From Candidatus Daviesbacteria bacterium (GTDB taxonomy: Bacteria; Patescibacteriota; Microgenomatia; Daviesbacterales; UBA10151), in NCBI GenBank assembly GCA_030648435.1, contig JAUSHE010000024.1, positions 1 to 63,698 on the forward strand: a stretch of DNA of 63,698 bases. Reading direction: 5' to 3'. The position numbers and the translations under genes are program-made. Of this stretch, positions 61,105-63,698 are shown piece after piece. Under the pieces are notes generated by a model. The model saw only the letters and a list, made by a program, of their open reading frames with translations. It was not told the origin of the DNA and did not search any database. The first letter of the stretch is position 1. The number at the start of each line of letters is the position of its first letter.

Positions 61105-61601
61105 GCAAAAAACAAGATACAAAATTACAAGATTTAGAACAAAAAATAATTGGGCTGGATAACCAGCTAAAAAGAGCAGTGGCTGATTATCAGAATTTGG
61201 AAAAAAGAATAGCTGAAGGAAGGTCGGAGCTTACTAAATGGGGTACAGGGGAATTATTGATAAAAATTCTGCCGGTATTAGATCATTTGGAAAAAGCAGT
61301 TTTAGGAGCCAGTGAGACTGAGAAACAATCTGCCTGGTACAAAGGAGTAGAAATGAGCATTAAGCAATTTAAAGATGTTTTAAAAAGTGAGGGGTTGGAG
61401 GAGATTGCAGTAGATGGAGAATTTAATCCTGCCTTGCATGAAGCAGTTGACACCAGAGAGGGTGAGGATAATAAAATATTAGAAGTGGTCAGGCGCGGGT
61501 ATACATTAAATGGTAAAATATTAAGACCGGCTCAAGTGGTCGTAGGACGACAGTCCGAAGACCATCCTGAGCAAGCGGAGCGAGTCGAAGGATCTATATA
61601 A
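61101..61601 (+). CDS. grpE: nucleotide exchange factor GrpE with element-derived C-terminal extension
   Basis: [28 protein letters not shown], then [17 protein letters not shown] from the GC-rich element. Confidence 0.92.
61563..61594. repeat. family-B element, copy 3 (forms the GrpE C-terminus)
   Basis: CATCCTGAGCAAGCGGAGCGAGTCGAAGGATC. Confidence 0.6.
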
Positions 61602-61602
61602 T

Positions 61603-63507
61603 ATGGGTAAAATAATTGGGATAGATTTAGGGACAACTAATAGCTGTGTTGCAGTAATGGAGGGCGGTAAGCCCAAAGTTATCCATTCGGCAGAAGGCGA
61701 AAATATTATCCCCTCGGTGGTTAATCCGCTTAAAAATGTTGTGGGGAGGGTGGCCAAGCGCCAGGCAATAGTTAACCCTAAAGAAACTATTTTTTCAATA
61801 AAGCGGTTAATGGGTCGCAAATTTAAAGATCCGGAAATTCAACGTGATTTGAAGTGGCTTCCCTACACCATTAAAGAAGGCCGTGAAGGTATGGCTGTGG
61901 TGGAAGTAGATGGTCATGACTATACTCCGCAGGAGATTTCTGCCCAAATTTTACAGAAAATTAAAGCAGATGCAGAAAGTTATTTGGGTGAAAAAGTAAC
62001 TGAAGCTGTGATTACTGTGCCTGCTTATTTTGATGATGCCCAGCGTCAAGCCACCAAGCAGGCAGGAGAAATCGCCGGCCTGGATGTTAAAAGAATTATT
62101 AATGAGCCGACTGCAGCAGCCTTGGCTTACGGCTTGGATAAATCCCATGCTCATACTATTGCTGTTTATGATTTAGGTGGAGGCACTTTTGATATTTCTA
62201 TTTTGGAGTTGGGTGACGGCGTGATTGAGGTTAAATCAACTAATGGCGATACTCACTTAGGCGGAGATGATTTTGATCAGGTAATTTTGGATTGGCTTGC
62301 TGAGGAGTTTAAAAAAGAACAGGGAATTGATCTAAAATCCGACAAGCAAGCTTTGCAGAGACTGCGTGACGGGGCTGAAAAAGCTAAGATCGAGCTCTCG
62401 TCTACTCAGGAAGCTTCAATATCCATCCCATTTGTGACAGCAGATGCGTCCGGCCCTAAACATTTAGAAATGAAATTATCCCGGGCCAAGCTGGAAGCAA
62501 TGGTCAAACCGTTAATTGATAAAACTTTTGATGCAGTCAAGGATGCCTTAAAAGATGCCAAACTGGAATCATCAAAAATAGATGAAGTGGTATTAGTCGG
62601 AGGCATGACCAGGATGCCCCTCTGTCAAAAGGTTGTCCGGGATTTCTTTGGCAAAGAGCCTCATAAAGGTATTAACCCGGATGAGGTGGTGGCTGTGGGA
62701 GCTGCCATACAAGGCGGTGTTTTGGGCGGGGAAGTCAAAGATGTTTTGCTTTTGGATGTGACTCCTTTAACTTTAGGGATTGAAACATTAGGTGGAGTGA
62801 GAACACCTTTGATTGTCAGGAATACCACCATTCCGTCTTCAAAATCAGAAACTTTCTCAACAGCGGCGGATAATCAGCCGGCAGTGGAAATTAATGTTCT
62901 TCAGGGTGAGCGGGAAATGGCCTCCGATAATAAATCTTTGGGTAGATTTACGCTGGATGGGATTCCGCCGGCTCCCAGAGGCGTGCCGCAAATTGAAGTT
63001 ACTTTTGATATTGACGCCAACGGTATTTTAAATGTCACAGCGCACGATAAAGCCACCGGCAAAAAGCAAAATATTACTATCACAGGTTCCACAGGGCTGT
63101 CTAAAGATGAAGTGGAGAGGATGACCAAAGAGGCAGAGGCCCATGCCGAGGAAGATAAGAAAAAGAAAGAAGGAATTGAGATTAAAAATCAGGCAGATAC
63201 GCTGGTTTATACGGCAGAAAAAAGTTTAAAAGATGCCGGGGATAAAGTATCTGCGGAAATTAGAACTGATGTGGAGCAAAAATTAAATGACTTAAAAGGT
63301 GTTATCCAGACAGCTTCACCGGAAGATCTAAAACCCAAAATGGAAGCTCTGTCAGATGCGTTGCAGAAAATAGGCGAGGCGATGTATAAAGATAAGGGTA
63401 CAGGTGAACAACCCAAAGGAGAAGCCGCCTCCGCTGAAAGCTCCGGCGAGCCGAAGGAAGAAGCGGTAGAAGGGGAAGTGGTAGAGGAAAATGGGAAGAA
63501 AGAATAA
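61603..63507 (+). CDS. dnaK: molecular chaperone DnaK
   Basis: [30 protein letters not shown]. Confidence 0.98.
   Translation: MGKIIGIDLGTTNSCVAVMEGGKPKVIHSAEGENIIPSVVNPLKNVVGRVAKRQAIVNPKETIFSIKRLMGRKFKDPEIQRDLKWLPYTIKEGREGMAVVEVDGHDYTPQEISAQILQKIKADAESYLGEKVTEAVITVPAYFDDAQRQATKQAGEIAGLDVKRIINEPTAAALAYGLDKSHAHTIAVYDLGGGTFDISILELGDGVIEVKSTNGDTHLGGDDFDQVILDWLAEEFKKEQGIDLKSDKQALQRLRDGAEKAKIELSSTQEASISIPFVTADASGPKHLEMKLSRAKLEAMVKPLIDKTFDAVKDALKDAKLESSKIDEVVLVGGMTRMPLCQKVVRDFFGKEPHKGINPDEVVAVGAAIQGGVLGGEVKDVLLLDVTPLTLGIETLGGVRTPLIVRNTTIPSSKSETFSTAADNQPAVEINVLQGEREMASDNKSLGRFTLDGIPPAPRGVPQIEVTFDIDANGILNVTAHDKATGKKQNITITGSTGLSKDEVERMTKEAEAHAEEDKKKKEGIEIKNQADTLVYTAEKSLKDAGDKVSAEIRTDVEQKLNDLKGVIQTASPEDLKPKMEALSDALQKIGEAMYKDKGTGEQPKGEAASAESSGEPKEEAVEGEVVEENGKKE
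63406..63460. repeat. 55-nt module shared with the rplY 3' end
   Basis: 63421-63452 is identical to 11266-11297. Confidence 0.9.
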
Positions 63508-63510
63508 TGG

Positions 63511-63698
63511 ATGGCCACAAAAAGAGACTACTACGAAATTTTAGGGGTTTCTAAAAACGCCCCTGAAGCGGAGATAAAATCTGCTTACCGGAAACTGGCC
63601 AGAAAACATCACCCTGATATAGATAAAACTGCCGGGGCTGATGTCAGATTTAAAGAGCTAGGGGAGGCTTACCAAGTTTTATCAGATCCGCAAAAGAA
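63511..63698 (+). CDS. dnaJ: molecular chaperone DnaJ, N-terminal J-domain (runs off the window)
   Basis: Own translation [39 protein letters not shown]... Confidence 0.93.
   Translation, partial: MATKRDYYEILGVSKNAPEAEIKSAYRKLARKHHPDIDKTAGADVRFKELGEAYQVLSDPQK

Noticed and set aside
1-63698. tRNA, rRNA, tmRNA or RNase P RNA genes
   Set aside because: Every stretch longer than about 210 bp is occupied by a plausible CDS. I saw no cloverleaf-like or rRNA-like sequence in the gaps. I cannot exclude small ncRNAs without a covariance-model scan.

Overview
This is an AT-rich, very gene-dense chromosomal segment with about 70 CDS. Many genes share start/stop overlaps, and several convergent pairs overlap at their 3' ends. 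No ORF-free gap exceeds about 210 bp. I saw no tRNA, rRNA, CRISPR array, integrase, transposase or clear rho-independent terminator. The window opens on the replication-origin region: dnaN <- small nuclease-fold gene <- dnaA | rpmH-rnpA-yidD-yidC-jag. It continues through envelope and glycan genes: O-antigen-ligase-like, flippase, an epimerase-DUF4012 fusion, VanW, FemAB, LCP, MurJ, MurB, LD-carboxypeptidase, and a cluster of UbiA-type prenyltransferase, WecA-like GT4 and processive GT2. Housekeeping genes include valS, tsaD, metG, ahcY plus a PfkB kinase, tpiA, trx, lepA, rpsT, rplY, nadK and two UvrD-type helicases. There is a PilN/PilO-like operon and two chaperone operons, groES-(extra orf)-groEL and hrcA-grpE-dnaK-dnaJ. 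Shortened core proteins (ValRS 690 aa, HrcA 242 aa, TpiA 219 aa, YidC 282 aa) together with DUF4012, PEGA, VanW and four-helix-bundle genes suggest a small-genome Patescibacteria/CPR-like bacterium; this is inference only, with no search run. Main hunt results follow. (1) A family of 34-nt perfect hairpins is translated inside tsaD, murB and a 3D-domain gene, in different frames and orientations, with compensatory stem changes (RPE-like). (2) A second short GC-rich element (CCTGAG...CGAAGG) lies at the dnaA stop, inside tatD, and forms the GrpE C-terminus. (3) Patches of about 35 nt built from five degenerate heptamers sit inside conserved genes (lepA, uvrD, femAB, tsaD, holA-like, ldcA-like), and the same heptamer family forms arrays and direct repeats bracketing a four-helix-bundle (Avd/S23-like) gene. 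(4) The 3' end of the LD-carboxypeptidase gene occurs three times and delimits two cargo cassettes, one carrying a Bro-N/DinD-like gene. That gene's paralogue 12 kb away shares the same leaderless promoter and flank. (5) An identical 32-nt GC-rich module encodes part of the acidic tails of both L25 and DnaK. (6) A 71-codon ORF is inserted between groES and groEL. (7) Two candidate accessory operons are present: RHH antitoxin, RelE/ParE toxin and Cas4-like nuclease; and DUF2130 plus a UvrD-helicase/Cas4-nuclease fusion. All functional names come from motif recognition by eye. No HMM or BLAST was run.
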